64,000 bases of DNA. Origin: Camelus ferus (Eukaryota). This document shows positions 51,600 through 64,000 of the stretch, one piece after another. The position numbers and the translations under genes are program-made. Below the pieces are notes generated by a model. That model ran no database searches. It was not told the DNA's origin and saw only the letters and a list, made by a program, of their open reading frames with translations. Position 1 is the first letter of the stretch. Every line of letters starts with the position of its first letter. The stretch lies in contig NC_045696.1 of assembly GCF_009834535.1 (NCBI RefSeq), positions 43,712,001 through 43,776,000 on the forward strand. Direction: 5' to 3'.

Positions 51600-53000
51600 T
51601 TTCTTTATTAGAAAAAAATAGGACCCTGACCTTCATTTTTCTCATTTCACATTTAATGTTTTCTTCTTCACCTAACCTATCAAACCTCTCTGAGAGAAAC
51701 AGATGTCTCCTCATCTCATCCCTCCTCCCTTCTTCCACACTCTTCTTCATCTTTGACTTGCACACATATAGTACCCAGCCATTCAGAGTATGGCTTCTCA
51801 CACCTCAGTAATCTCTTCTGCATGTGCAAAGGTCTAGTAATCATTTACATTTGCATACCTTGATAGATCATCAAAACTGACTTTGCACAAAAGATCCTTC
51901 ATCTTACCTGCTCCCTTTGTCAACTGGGCAAAACTAAATTATTCTTCTCATTAACCATTTATGATCTTATCTGAATATTATTTTTCCAGGAAGGTATACC
52001 TTTAACCTTAGAACAGTCTTTGGCCCTTCACACTGTTCTATATTCAATTAGTTATCAATTTAATTCAAGATTACTATTTTTCCCATCACATGATTACAGA
52101 CCCACCATCACTGCATCGCATTAAATTCTCATGATTTTATGAGCATTTGGTTTTAGTATATTGTAATTTCCTAACTGGTAGAACTAATCTCACACTCTTT
52201 AAGTTTCTAAATGTCTTTTACCACATATCTAGCTGCTTTAAGTGTCTTCATAACTATTTCACTTATCTGCTTATTTCTTACTGTTTCTTTTCTCCAGCCT
52301 GTATTATCTCTTGTCTGGCAATAAGGCCTTTCCATAACCTTATCTCTCAATCCATTTTTTCTAGTTTTATCTAACAATATTCCTTTATTTATATTCAACA
52401 TTTAAATTAAACCATGCTTAGATGTCAAGTGTTCTTTTCTGTATATTTCCTTTTGTCTTACTGACTCTTTAACTGAATAACTTAAACACCTACACATTCT
52501 ATAAAGCCCAAATTAAAGATTACTTCCTAAACAATCATTTTTTTTTATTTTTTTTTTTAATTGACGTATAGTCAGTTTACAATGTTGTGTCAAATTCTGG
52601 TGAACAGCACAATGCTTTAGTCATACATGAATATACATACTCGTTTTCATATTCTTTTTCACTGTAAGCTATTACAAGATATAGAATATATTTCCCTGTG
52701 CTATACAGTATAAACTTGTTTATCTGTTTTATATATACCAGTCAGTATCTGCAAATCTGTAGACTGCCTTGGGCAGTATGGCCATTTTAACAATATTGAT
52801 TCTTCCAATCCAAGAGCATGGGATATCTTTCCATTCCTTTAAGTCTTCTTTCTAAACAGTTATTCTTGAACAACCTAGTTTGTTTGTTTTGTTTTTTTCT
52901 GTCTTTTCCATCACTCACCTCTTCTTGTAGTTTTTATCACATACTATAAAAGATGTACTACGACTTATCTCTTATATGTTCTAGGCCTTATGATACTCCC
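51600..53000 (+). mobile_element. L2 remnant, interrupted at 52542-52847
   Basis: Pyrimidine-rich L2-like motifs 'catcaaaactgact', 'ttcctaactggt', 'aaggcctttccataacc', 'aaagcccaaattaaagattacttcct'. Confidence 0.5.
52542..52847 (-). mobile_element. Young L1 mini-insertion: ORF2 fragment fused to 3' UTR end
   Basis: Poly(T), then L1 3' end to ~52758, then ORF2 'tagactgccttgggcagtatggccattttaacaatattgattcttcc'. Degenerate TSD at 52523-52541 and 52848-52866. Confidence 0.85.
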
Positions 53001-54789
53001 TGAGAATGCACAGATAATTTTAAAAGATTATTTGTTTGAAGTAGCGAACATATATTCCTTATTTTTAGGTTTCTGGGAGAAGAAATGCAGAATTCTAGTT
53101 ATAAAATGAATGAATAATAAAAACTGTGTGTCTTTCATTAAGTCCATACTTTAAAAAGTAGTGAAATAATCCTTTATCTCTTTGTATGCTGTCTTGATTT
53201 AATAATAAGTTAGGAAGCTGAATTATAAAATAATCCACATAAAATCGGACACTAAATAATACCACTGTGCATGAACTATGAACTAGTTTTTCATTGAGGG
53301 GAGGGAAATAAAACTTTGTCAAAGAGAGTAAGGCATCTATTTCTATTTTCTCTACTGTTTACTTTTTAAAATGAAAATTATTTACTTTTAACTTTATAAT
53401 AATGGCAGTTGGATAATAAAATTCTATGATTTCACTATAAAAAGTAAAAATGTATTAATTTGGAGAGAGAGAATAAGATTATAAGTTTTTTAAATTAGAA
53501 TAAAATATAATTTCTTTCAGTAACAAAATTTAACCAAGGTAGAATTTAACTAATAGTGAGCAAGTATCCCCAATTACATTTTATTCTGCACTGACACTTG
53601 AACCATTCTTTGCCTCAGACTTTATTTTTCTAAACATGTTTTTTTCACCGCCACAAAAAAGAATCTCTCATGAACCCTTCTCAGGTTATTTGCTTTAAGA
53701 CAAATGGAATCTTGCAAAGTCCTTGCATACAGGACCAATTTTAAGGATGTACACTAATACTCAAATGAAATATACATTTTAAGTAGCAATATTATTAATT
53801 TTTAGATGGCTGACATTTTATTTCCATTTTCATGGCAGCAACGAAATAGTATTTAAAGACCTATTATATCTCATTAAGATATATGATGAATATATGCATT
53901 CATTTTCATATATATTTCATTCAGGTTTAGGCCTTCAAGCATCCACATCTCAATACAAATGAATAGCTTGTAGTAGACCAATGTTTTCATAGAAAATGCT
54001 TTAAAAAGCCAGCTAAAATCTTTAAAAAAAACACTAAAATTAAACTTGAAATGATTAGAGAATTATCAAGCCAAAATAACATGAGGAAGAAAATAATCAA
54101 TGGATAAATATAAACATACTAATATACAAGGAAATAGTCATCAACTGTTTTCTCTTATAGGTCATTCGCCTAAAATTCTGTGTCAAGAAAGATTCTGAAA
54201 ATACTTTTCAAAAGGACTAAAGGCCTCTACTAAGAGACAGAGAAAACAACAGAGATATTAATAATCCTGAGGGAAAAAAGAAGAGTTTTCAGTTTTCCAA
54301 AAATAGAGCTATAAACTGTAGAGAAAAGAGTGCTATAAACTGTTTGATGCCCCTTTCTCCAGATATTGTTCAGCTGTGAAACTGCACAAAGCATGAAGCC
54401 AATAAGTCAATCAGAATGTTTAAAAATGTCAGAGTAAGTATTTTGACAGTCTGCAGTTCTGGGAAGATAGTAGTTAAAAATAATTATTAGAGTTCAAGAC
54501 CTGTGTGTAGGTGAGTGAGTAGCTTCATAAAATACCCCTAAAGATCTAAATATGAACTATCTTACAACGCGCCTTAATTAATGTAATCAACCCATATTCC
54601 TTACTTTTTCCTTTAACAATAAAGTGTGAACACTCTCTGCAGGAAGAGAACATCCATATACTTTATAATTTTTCAAGCACAATGTAAGGATTTAAGGAAG
54701 AATTGCCAGGCCCAGAAAAAGGCAGAATGTTGGGGAAAAAAAAAAAAAAAAGAAGAAGAAGAAGAAAGAAAATAAATAAACTACATGAT

Positions 54790-56601
54790 AATTTGAAGAT
54801 GATACAATGAAATGGAAATGGAAAGATACCTCATGCTCTTGGATTGAAGACTTAGTACTGTTAAAATTACCATACTACTCAAAGCAATCTACAGATTTAA
54901 TGCAATCCCTATCAAAATACCCACGACATTTTTCATAAAATTAGAACAAATAATCTTAAAATTCATATGGAACCACAAAAGACCCAGAATTTCCAAAGCA
55001 ATCTTGAGAAAAAATAACAAAGCTTGAGGTATTACCCTCCTAGACTTCAGACTACAGTACAAAGCTACAATAATCAAAACACTGCCATGGTACTGGCACA
55101 AAAGAAAGACACACAGATGAATGGAACAGAACAGAGAGACCAGAAATAAAGCCACATGACTATGGTCAATTAATCTATGAAAAGTAGGGAAGAACATACA
55201 ATTTTTAAAAAGACAGTCTTTAATAAGTGATGCTGGGAAAACTGGACAGCTACATGTAAAACAATGAGATTAGCACATTCTTTCACATCATATACAAAAA
55301 TAAAGTCAAAATGGATTAAAGATCTAAATGTAAGACCGGAAACCATAAAACTCCTGGAAGAGAACATAGGCAGAACACTCTTTGACATAAACTGCAGCAA
55401 CATTTTTCTGGATAAGTCTCCTAAGGCAAAGGAAATAAAAGCAAAAATAAACAAATGGGATCTAATTAAACTTAAAAGCTTTAGCATAGCAAAGGAAACC
55501 ATCAACAAAATGAAAAGACAATCTATAGTATGGGGGAAAATATTTGCAAATGACATGACTAACAAGGGGTTAATATCCAAAATATATAAAAGGCTCATAC
55601 AACTCAATGTCAAAAAAAAAAAAAAAACAATCAAAAAATGAACAGAAGACCAGAGTAGACACTTTTCCAAAGAAGACACACTGATGGCCAACAGGCACAT
55701 GGAAGGATGCTCACCATCATAAATTATTAGATACATGAAAATCAAAACAGTAATGAGATAACACCTCACACCTGTCACAATGACTATCAATAAAAGTCAA
55801 AAAATAACAAATGTTTCAAAGAGTGTTGTGAAAAGAGAACCCTGGTACACTGGTGGTGGGAATGTAAACTGGAAAGGCACTATAAAGAACTGTATGGAGG
55901 TTCTTCAAAAAACTAAAAATAGAACTATCATATGACCCAGCAATTATACTCCTAGCTATATATCCAGAAAAAAAAAAAAAACCACTATTTTGAAAAGATA
56001 CATGCACCACAATGTTCACCATAGCACTGTTTACAATAGCTAAGATAAGGAAGCAACCCAAGTGTCCATCAACAGACAAATGGATAAGAAGTGGTATATA
56101 TATACCCAGAAGGTGGGCCCTGTGCCTACTCTGCAGTGGTGGTGGGTGAGGAGGAGGGTGGGCAGGGATACATAAAACACAGCATTAAAGGTAACTTCTA
56201 CCCTCTTAAAAAAACCAAGAAATATATATAGGAATATTGCTCAGCCATAAAAAAGAAGGCATTCTGCCATTTGTAGAACATACATGGACCTAGGGAATAT
56301 TATGCTTAGTGAAATAAGTCTCATATAGAAAGACAAAAACAATACATCATTTATATGTGGAATATAAAAAAGTGAACTTATACAGCAAAACAGAAACATT
56401 CTCACAGATACAGAAAACAAACTAGTGGTTACCACAGAGGAGCAAGAAAGAGGGAGGGGCACATTAGGGGTATGGGCTCAAGAGATACAAACTACTATGT
56501 ATAAAATAGATAAACAACAAGGATATATTGTATAGCACAGGGAATTATAGCCATTATCTTATAATAACTTTTAATGGAAGATAAGCTGTAAAAAAAAAAA
56601 A
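54790..56601 (+). mobile_element. Younger L1 (ORF2 C-terminal third plus 3' UTR), pseudogenised
   Basis: ORF 55264..55641 '[39 protein letters not shown]' is L1 ORF2p, with stops and frameshifts around it. Ends at an A-run at 56590-56601. Confidence 0.9.
56105..56221 (+). pseudogene. Short processed retrocopy of an unidentified transcript 3' end
   Basis: GC-rich non-L1 sequence with ATTAAA at 56184-56189 and an A-rich tail from 56208, flanked by ATATATATA at 56096-56104 and 56222-56230. Confidence 0.65.
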
Positions 56602-56904
56602 GTAAAGTATATGTGATGGAGATAATAAATAGTAGACTATAGAGGAAAATACGCAGAAAGAGAAGAAAGAATAAAAATTTTACCAGATTTTGAAATCTAC
56701 ATTAATAATAAAATGGAAATTTTAGAAGTAAGAAATTAAACAACTGAAATTAAAAAATAAACAGATAAATTTAACAGGACATTAGACTCAGGGCAGAAAA
56801 AAAGTTAATGAACTATGAGGTTAACACAAAATATCCTAGCTGGAGATCAGAAAAAAATTTATAAATGAAAAAAAAATGCACAATCATTAAAGACCTAAGT
56901 TTTA

Positions 56905-57338
56905 AGGGCTCATATTATTAGATCAAGCTCACTCAGATCTTCTATCATAAGGTCACTTGATCTGGGACTTTAAATAAAGATTACACTCCAGAATGTGGGC
57001 CTCATCCAATCAGCTGAAAGTCTTAAGAAGAAAGACTGAGATGTCCTAAAGAAAACACAGTCTGTCTCAACTGCAACATAAAAATCCTGCCTGAGTTTCC
57101 AGCTTACTGGACTTTCCTGTAGTTTTTGGACTCAAGACTGCAGCATCAACTGTTACCTATATTTCTAGCCCACACCTTGCCCCACAAATTGCAGACATAT
57201 GAGCCCCCATGACTGCAAGACACAACTTGTCATTCCTTACAAATAAATAAATAGATAAATATAAATATAGATATATAGAGAGATATTTGGAAAGATAGCC
57301 CACTGGTTCTGTTTATCTGGAGAACTTCAGCTAATACA
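56905..57338 (+). mobile_element. MLT2-type (MLT2D-like) LTR remnant
   Basis: 'gggcctcatccaatcagctgaa', 'caagactgcagcatcaact', and end 'ctggttctgtttatctggagaacttcagctaataca'. Confidence 0.75.
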
Positions 57339-57951
57339 AAAGCCAACAGTTATCAGTAACATAGCATTTTAGGAGATTTAAATAAAATAGAATTTTCTAA
57401 GTACAAAGCTGAAACAAAAAGTAAAAACAAACCAACAACAACAACAAAAACTGCAATTGTCCTATATCTATACTTAAAAAAAAAATTACCCACTACAGGA
57501 AATCTTCAAATCCATATAACGTTACTGGTAACTTCTTCCAAACCTTTAGGTATGAAATAATGTCAATCTTACCCAAATCTCTAAGAAAATAGAAAAAAAA
57601 TAAGAATGAACAATCAAAATTTCAGGTGATATAATCAGCATTTCCTCAATTGTGTAAGTTAAAAAAAAAATCTTTACCAAAAAAAAAAAAAAAAAAAAGA
57701 GCACAGGACAATTTCCTTCATGAATATTGATGTAAAAATCTTAAACAACATTTTACCAAATCAAATCTAGAAGCAAATAGGAATTACAATATGTGAGAAA
57801 TATTTTGCATTTATTCTAGAAATGCAACATTAGTTTAATCTTTGAAAACTAATCAGTGTAAGTCACAACGTTAATTACGCTTTATGTAAAAGTAAAAAAA
57901 TCACATGGTCATCTCAATAAATGTGGGAGAAAAAAACTACTTAATATAATT

Positions 57952-58540
57952 TGGGGTAGGGAGAATTATAAGATGATTCCCAAGATTTCCAGCCTCTGGT
58001 ATTATTCATTCAAACATTAATCTAGGTGTTGTCGTGGAAGGATTTTGTAAAATTAATTAAGGTCCAACAGGAAGACATCTGGGTGAGCCTGATTTAACGA
58101 CACCAGGCCCTTTAAATCTAGTTCTAGAGTTCAGAGATAGGAGAAATTAGAGATTCAAAGCATGAGAAGGATTCAGTGAGCCTCTGTTGGCCAAGATACG
58201 GGGTCCATATAGTAAAAACTTCAAGCAGCCTCTGGAGGTGAGAATAGTTTGTGGCTGACAGCAGGCAAGCAAGGAAGCAGGGACCTCAGTTCTATAACTT
58301 AGAACAATTGAATTATGCCAACAACTTGAATAAGCTTGGTGGCAGATATTTCCCCAAAGCTTCTAGACTAGAACTCAGCCCAGCCAAAACTTTGTTTTCA
58401 GCCTTATGACATCATGAGGAAAGAACCCAAACATTCCGTGCTAGATTTCTTACACACAGGATTGTGAGCTAATGAATGGTGGTTGTTTGAATCCTCTAAG
58501 TTTGTGGTATCACACTATGCAGCAATAGAAAACTAATATA
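57952..58540 (+). mobile_element. MLT1E-like MaLR solo LTR
   Basis: Ends 'aagtttgtggta..gcagcaatagaaaactaatata'. Perfect 5-bp TSD TAATT at 57947-57951 and 58541-58545. Confidence 0.85.
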
Positions 58541-59112
58541 TAATTCAAAACGACAAATTTTTAGGAAAGTAGAAAGAGGACATTAAAATAAAGATTTTCT
58601 GCAAAAAAAAAATAGCAAGCATCAAGCTTAACGTAGAGACAGTCATATAATTTTCCCCCACTATAACAGGACCAAGATAAAAATGTGATCACCACTTCTA
58701 CTCAACACTGATTGGAATTCTTAGCCACAGTGATAAGGTAAGCAATGTAAATGAATTGAAGAGGGAGAAATAAAAGTATCATTATATAAAGATAATAATG
58801 ATATATGTGGAACATTCAGAAAACTCTACAAACTATTAGAATAAAAATGTAATTCTTTTTCTGGAAATTATTTTTGTAAATACCAGAAACAAACCAAAAA
58901 AATGAAATAAAAATACTGCTTACACAAACCTAAAACATTCTAATATCTAAGGATAAATTTAATAGAGGTAAATTTTCTATTCTGAAAGTTATTAAAAATC
59001 ATTGGGAGAAATTAAAGACAAACCAAGTACAAAGAATATGCCATCCTTGTGAAGTGGAACACAATATTCTAAACCTGTCAATTCCATCCAAAGTGATCTA
59101 TAGAAAAATACA

Positions 59113-59155
<43 letters not shown>
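59113..59155. repeat. Perfect (AAT)n microsatellite
   Basis: About 14 uninterrupted units by direct inspection. Confidence 0.95.
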
Positions 59156-59156
<1 letters not shown>

Positions 59157-60789
59157 GAGCAGGGGTTTTGAAGCAGATAGACTCTAAAATTTCCATCCAA
59201 ATATAATGTTTATGAATAACCAGGCATTCTTGAAGAAGAACAAAGCAGAAAGACATGCATTAACAGATAGCAAGGCTTTTATAAAACTATATTAACATGG
59301 TTGGTATAAATGCAAGGATGAAAAAATAAATAAATACTAACTAATGGGTCAGAATTGTTTCCAGAAACAAATCCAAACATATTTTGCCACTTGATTTATA
59401 AATAATAGGGCAGTGCTATAGGGAAAACATGATCTTTTCAATAAGTACCACTGAGTCAATCAGATATTGACATTGCAAAAAATAAATTACATCTTACTTC
59501 ATATGACACACAAAAAATCAACTTTAGTTGCATTGTAGAAATGTAAATGCAAAACAATAAAAGATTTTTTATCAAGACAAAAAAGATAGCCATAATATTG
59601 TAAATTGCACTACATTAAAATTAAGAATTATACCACTGAGAGTCAAAAGTGAAGCCACAAATTCCAGAAGATATTTTCAATGAACATATTTGATAAAAAT
59701 CTTTTATCTGGAACCCATAAATAACTTCTACAATCAATAAGAAAATTACTGACTGTTCAATAGATAATATGGGCAAATGATTTGAATTTACACATTATAC
59801 AAAATGATATAAAAATGGTCAATACACTTATGAAAATATGTTCAAAATCATTACTCATGACGAAAATGCAATTTAAAATTACAAGGCAATACAACTGCAC
59901 ATCCAAAAGAATGACTAGAATGAAAAACAGACAAAATTAAATGTTAGAAAAGATACAGTAAAAATGGAAATCCCATTTACTTTTGGTGTCAATTTAAATA
60001 GAATCACCCAACCAATTGCTTTGCGCTATCTTCTAGTGCTAAACATATACACATCATATAACTCAGCAACTCCACTCCTAGGTATTTACCTAAGATAAAT
60101 GTGTATATTATTCACCAAAGATATGGGTAAAGGAGGAAAGGTGTATTTATCATCCCTTTACATGATAAACCCAATTATAAACAAAAACAAACAGAAAAAT
60201 GCCCATCAAATTTAGTATACTGTGATACATTCATGCAATGTAATGCTATATCACCTTGAGTACAAATGAACTTGTTTTATGTAACATCATGGATAAATAT
60301 CAGAAACATAAAGCCACAAAATAATTCATACTGTATGATTCCATTGTTAGAAAGTTTTAGGGCATACACATACTATTAAAAATGAGGATATGAATTAACT
60401 TATGAAAATAACACTGAGTAGGAAAGAAAATGTAGGGCCTTTGGAGTTACAGTAATACACTTTTTTGTGCTGATTACATGAGGTAAGTTTGTGAAAACTG
60501 TTGATATATATTTAGGATATGTGCATTTACTGATATGCAGCTTCTTAAATAAATATGTGAACTCTAAAATTATTTTTCACTTTTAAGTTTATTTCATGCT
60601 TTCATAATATGAGTATTTTGAAAAACATTTTGCTTATTTAACAAAATATACCAAAGAGCATGGCTTAGGATGTGAAAAACAAACCAACATGAAATGCAAC
60701 AATTAAGAGGATCTTATATAACTGGCAGTTAATTAAACCTAAAATACTGTTTAAAATTTAAGAATTACAGTACTTATAAAATGAGGGCA

Positions 60790-62350
60790 AGGGAGCAGTT
60801 TCTGGGGTGATGGAAATCTTTTATAACTTGATAGTAATTAGGGTTACATGATTATAATTTATTAAAAACTCAAGTCATCCACTTTAAGATTTATGCATTT
60901 GCATTTTCTACATGTAAATTTTACCTTGAAACTAACTGTAAACAAATATTGAAATCCAGTCAGCAGGTTTGCTTTTCTTGGTGCTACTAGTAATTCTGCA
61001 TATATTGTAATTACATTAAAGACTTGAGTCAATTAATGAATGCATTGATGATCTGGGAGCCAGGTTTCTCATTTTGGGAAAACTAAGTCGAAAAAAAATG
61101 AAAGGGAGAAGAACAGAGAGCACTTTGTGATTTTTCATTATATTAGGAGGAAGGAGGGTTAAGAAAAAGAGAGGAAAAAGGAGGAGGGTTAAGAAAAAGA
61201 GAGGAAAAAGGAGAAGGGAGAGAAAATGAACTCCAAATACAAGTAATAACAATCTACAATATCTGTATTTCTTAGCTGTGTCCAAAGAGAGTACCCTGAA
61301 GCAATGATACTCCAATGGCAAAGACTTCTAGCGCTCAGATCTTCATATCAAAATCTCATTTCCCACTTAAGGAATCAATACTCCTTAGAGTAAAGGCTAA
61401 ATCCAATACTGAGGCAAGGAAAGTACAAGATGATCCTGGAATATTTTAATCTAATTGTGCCTAAAAATGCTCAAAGAATGCTCAAAGAATGACAGGGACT
61501 TATCTAAAGGAAATAGTTGCTGACATGAAGGAGTTCTTACAGGTGGAATTTGGAAAAATTTGAGTATCAAAATTAAGGTACTAAGGGATTATAACACATG
61601 AAATAACAAAGGACAATATGAATCCATACTAGTATTAATAAATTAAGGAATAAATAAATAAATGAACTAGAAGGGAAAATCCTTCTTTACCTTTGAATGG
61701 CAACTTAAAATATAGATGAAATGAAGTTAGAAAATCATCCAGTGATACTAAAATTAATGATAATTTAATGAAAAAAAGATTTTACATGATTTCAACGAAT
61801 TTCACCCCCAAATAGTTATCAGTTACAAGAGGAAAAATAGAAAATTTGCATTGGAGAAAACTGAGGGACACTATCTTAACAAAGTGATCTCATTTGACAT
61901 CAACAACACTGAGAATAATACAATAGCATGTCCATGATATTCCTCCTTAAAGTTCAAAATTTGAATCAAATCCTGAGAAAACATCCAACAAACATAAAAC
62001 GTAGGACATCCTACTTCTCAAAAACATCCAGGTTATTAAATATCAAGATTATTAAAAAAAAAAAAAGACTGAGAAACTCTGCCAAACTTTAAGTACTAAA
62101 GAAATATAGCAACTAAACACAACGAGTAATCCTCTACTGGATCCTGGATCAGGGAAAGAACAAAAGCTTTAAAAAAATTAGGTACAAACTGTGGATAACA
62201 TTTGATCAATATCAAATTTTTGACTTTGATAATTGCACTGTGGTTTTTTAAAACAATGCCCTTGTCCTTAGTTTTAAGGGAGTGCACACTATAGTACTTA
62301 GGTGCAGGAGGCATGCTGTAGTCAAGATAGTCTCCAATGTAAGATTTTTT
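60790..62350 (+). mobile_element. L1MC3/4-like 3' end
   Basis: 'ttctggggtgatggaaat', 'actgtaaacaaatattgaa', 'ggatcctggatcag', 'ttgataattgcactgtggtt'. Confidence 0.7.
61152..61211. repeat. Perfect 30-bp tandem duplication
   Basis: AGGAGGGTTAAGAAAAAGAGAGGAAAAAGG occurs twice in tandem. Confidence 0.95.
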
Positions 62351-63559
62351 TTCACACCTGATTGTGTCCATTCTTTGTGATTAACCTTTGGGAATCAGCT
62401 GAATTTCCTGGATTAAACCCCGAGAGCCTATAAAGAACATTTTCTTACAAATGAATGAGCTACTGGTCATAGTTATGAATTTGATCCAGTGTGTGAAATG
62501 ATTCTAGCCTTTAATGGAGCCCTACTGCATTGGATCTAAAACACATTGGTTAGTTCAACTGTGCATTGTAACCTTAAATCTGCAAAGAAAATTTGTACCT
62601 ATAAACTCACCTCGAAATATGCTGTTTGTAGGCAGTTCATACTGAACCTATATTTATGTGTTTATATCCATATTCTTGACATATTATTTATGTTAGAGCC
62701 TGCCACCTGAGTGCTGTATTGACTACACACTGAGGTTTAAAACAGTATATAGCCATTTAAAAAACAACCCATCTGGGTAAGAGAAGGCAATTACCATTAT
62801 TGCCTGCCACTTATGTAAGTTAAATCCCACATGTAAATATATTCTCAAGAGAAGGTGATAGATTGCCTCTTTGTTAAATTAAGAAGGTTCAAGGAGTGAC
62901 ACTTCATAAAAAACTGCCCTGCTGTTTCTACACAGGCTCTACTACTCATATATGCAATCAAACTCAAGTACACAATTGGACAGAGCTTGCAGGGATTCAT
63001 AGCCCTGCTTCATATCTAGAATTTTTCCTTTGATGAATGTCACGTTGCCAGCAAGCTCATCTGGTAGCATGTGGAGATAGAGTAAAAAACATTAAAACAG
63101 TCACATAAGTTACAAATCAATGACTAAAGCATCTTTTTAGTGACACAATCAGAATACTGAAACACTGCTAGGAAATAAAGATTATTGGTAATATTTTTGC
63201 CTATTTTAAAAATTTTAGCTACTATGAAACAGTAATGTGATTGGTATGTGTGGGGAAGTATAACAATATTGTGTCTCACATACTATCCTATGTGGGCATG
63301 TATATATAACCATTGAAACTAGGACTCAATAAAACAACTTTAAAGACAATGGAGATCATCTTGTCTATATTATTATTATCATTGACAAATAACAAGGGCA
63401 ACAGCAATTTGCTATATCTTGTATTTAACACTTGAATCTGGACATTTCAGGGAACACTAAAAAAGGTATTCAAATATTTAATGACTTTCAATTTGATCTG
63501 ACTCAACTGATCAACAGAATTGGCACTTATCTTCCAACACTCAGTACACATGTAACAGG

Positions 63560-63668
63560 GCGTCAGTTTGTGTTTGCTTCAGTAAATCTTCCATTTGGTG
63601 AGACAGATACTGAATCAGTGATGGTCCTTGACACATAGGATTTTCCTCAAATGTTTGTTAAATGAATT
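63560..63668 (+). mobile_element. L2 3' tail remnant
   Basis: 'gtccttgacacatagg..ctcaaatgtttgttaaatgaat'. Confidence 0.55.
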
Positions 63669-64000
63669 TTTTTGTGAAGTAGATTAGAGAGGAAATGAGG
63701 AAGAAAAATAAAACTATCGGAGCTGGTCAAAGATGGACTATGCTAGTGTAAGAGTCACCACTTTTCTAATGGAAAATATTCAAACACAGACCCATTAAAT
63801 GATAGAAAAGAGAAACATGAAGTTAATTGGGGTTTTACCTAGAATCAGTGTTTTTCCAAGTATTTTTTAGCCTCTGAACCAGTGGTGTAATTGAAATCAC
63901 ATGAGGGAGGTTTATTCATAAGGATTTTTAAAAAATCGATACATAATAGAAACATTTTAAAACAGCTAAATAAGGGGACATGTGAAATGTGTTGGTTCAT

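Larger units (their letters stand above)
53930..60560 (+). mobile_element. Long, highly decayed L1ME-like element hosting several later insertions
   Basis: Colinear 5' UTR, ORF1 (56600-56900), ORF2 ('atgaatattgatgtaaaaatcttaaac', 'accacttctactcaacact') and 3' end ('cagcaactccactcctaggtatttacc', 'tactgtatgattccatt'). Confidence 0.7.

Noticed and set aside
55170..55790. Longest ORF in the track (206 aa, hydrophobic)
   Set aside because: Antisense frame of L1 ORF2, a common artefact.
62611..62647. Minus-strand exon-like segment ending GAG|GTGAGT
   Set aside because: The acceptor lacks a polypyrimidine tract.
1..64000. CRISPR arrays, operons or other prokaryotic systems; CpG-island promoter
   Set aside because: The sequence is mammalian repeat-rich DNA with no repeat-spacer periodicity, no long ORFs and no CpG-rich segment.

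Overview
This is AT-rich, CpG-depleted mammalian genomic DNA with no CpG island, most likely camelid, because it carries two tRNA-derived vic-1-type SINEs and young artiodactyl-type L1 3' ends. I recognise no protein-coding gene. The ORFs in the track are either decayed L1 fragments or chance ORFs. Roughly half or more of the window is interspersed repeat: old L1M and young L1 copies, L2, MIR, ERV1/ERVL/MaLR solo LTRs and DNA-transposon MITEs. L1 copies lie on both strands, consistent with an intergenic or deep-intronic locus. The most interesting signals are retrotransposition products: (i) an ERV LTR copied as a polyadenylated RNA by L1 machinery, with a 13-bp TSD, an A-tail and no U5; (ii) a ~117-bp GC-rich poly(A) retrocopy of an unidentified transcript end nested in a young L1; (iii) two twin-priming L1 inversions; (iv) an L1 with a ~1.5-kb microhomology-bounded internal deletion. 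There is also a tentative chain of minus-strand, apparently non-coding exons. Repeat family names come from my recall of consensus sequences, not a database search, and boundaries of old elements are approximate. I found no evidence for a new multi-gene system.
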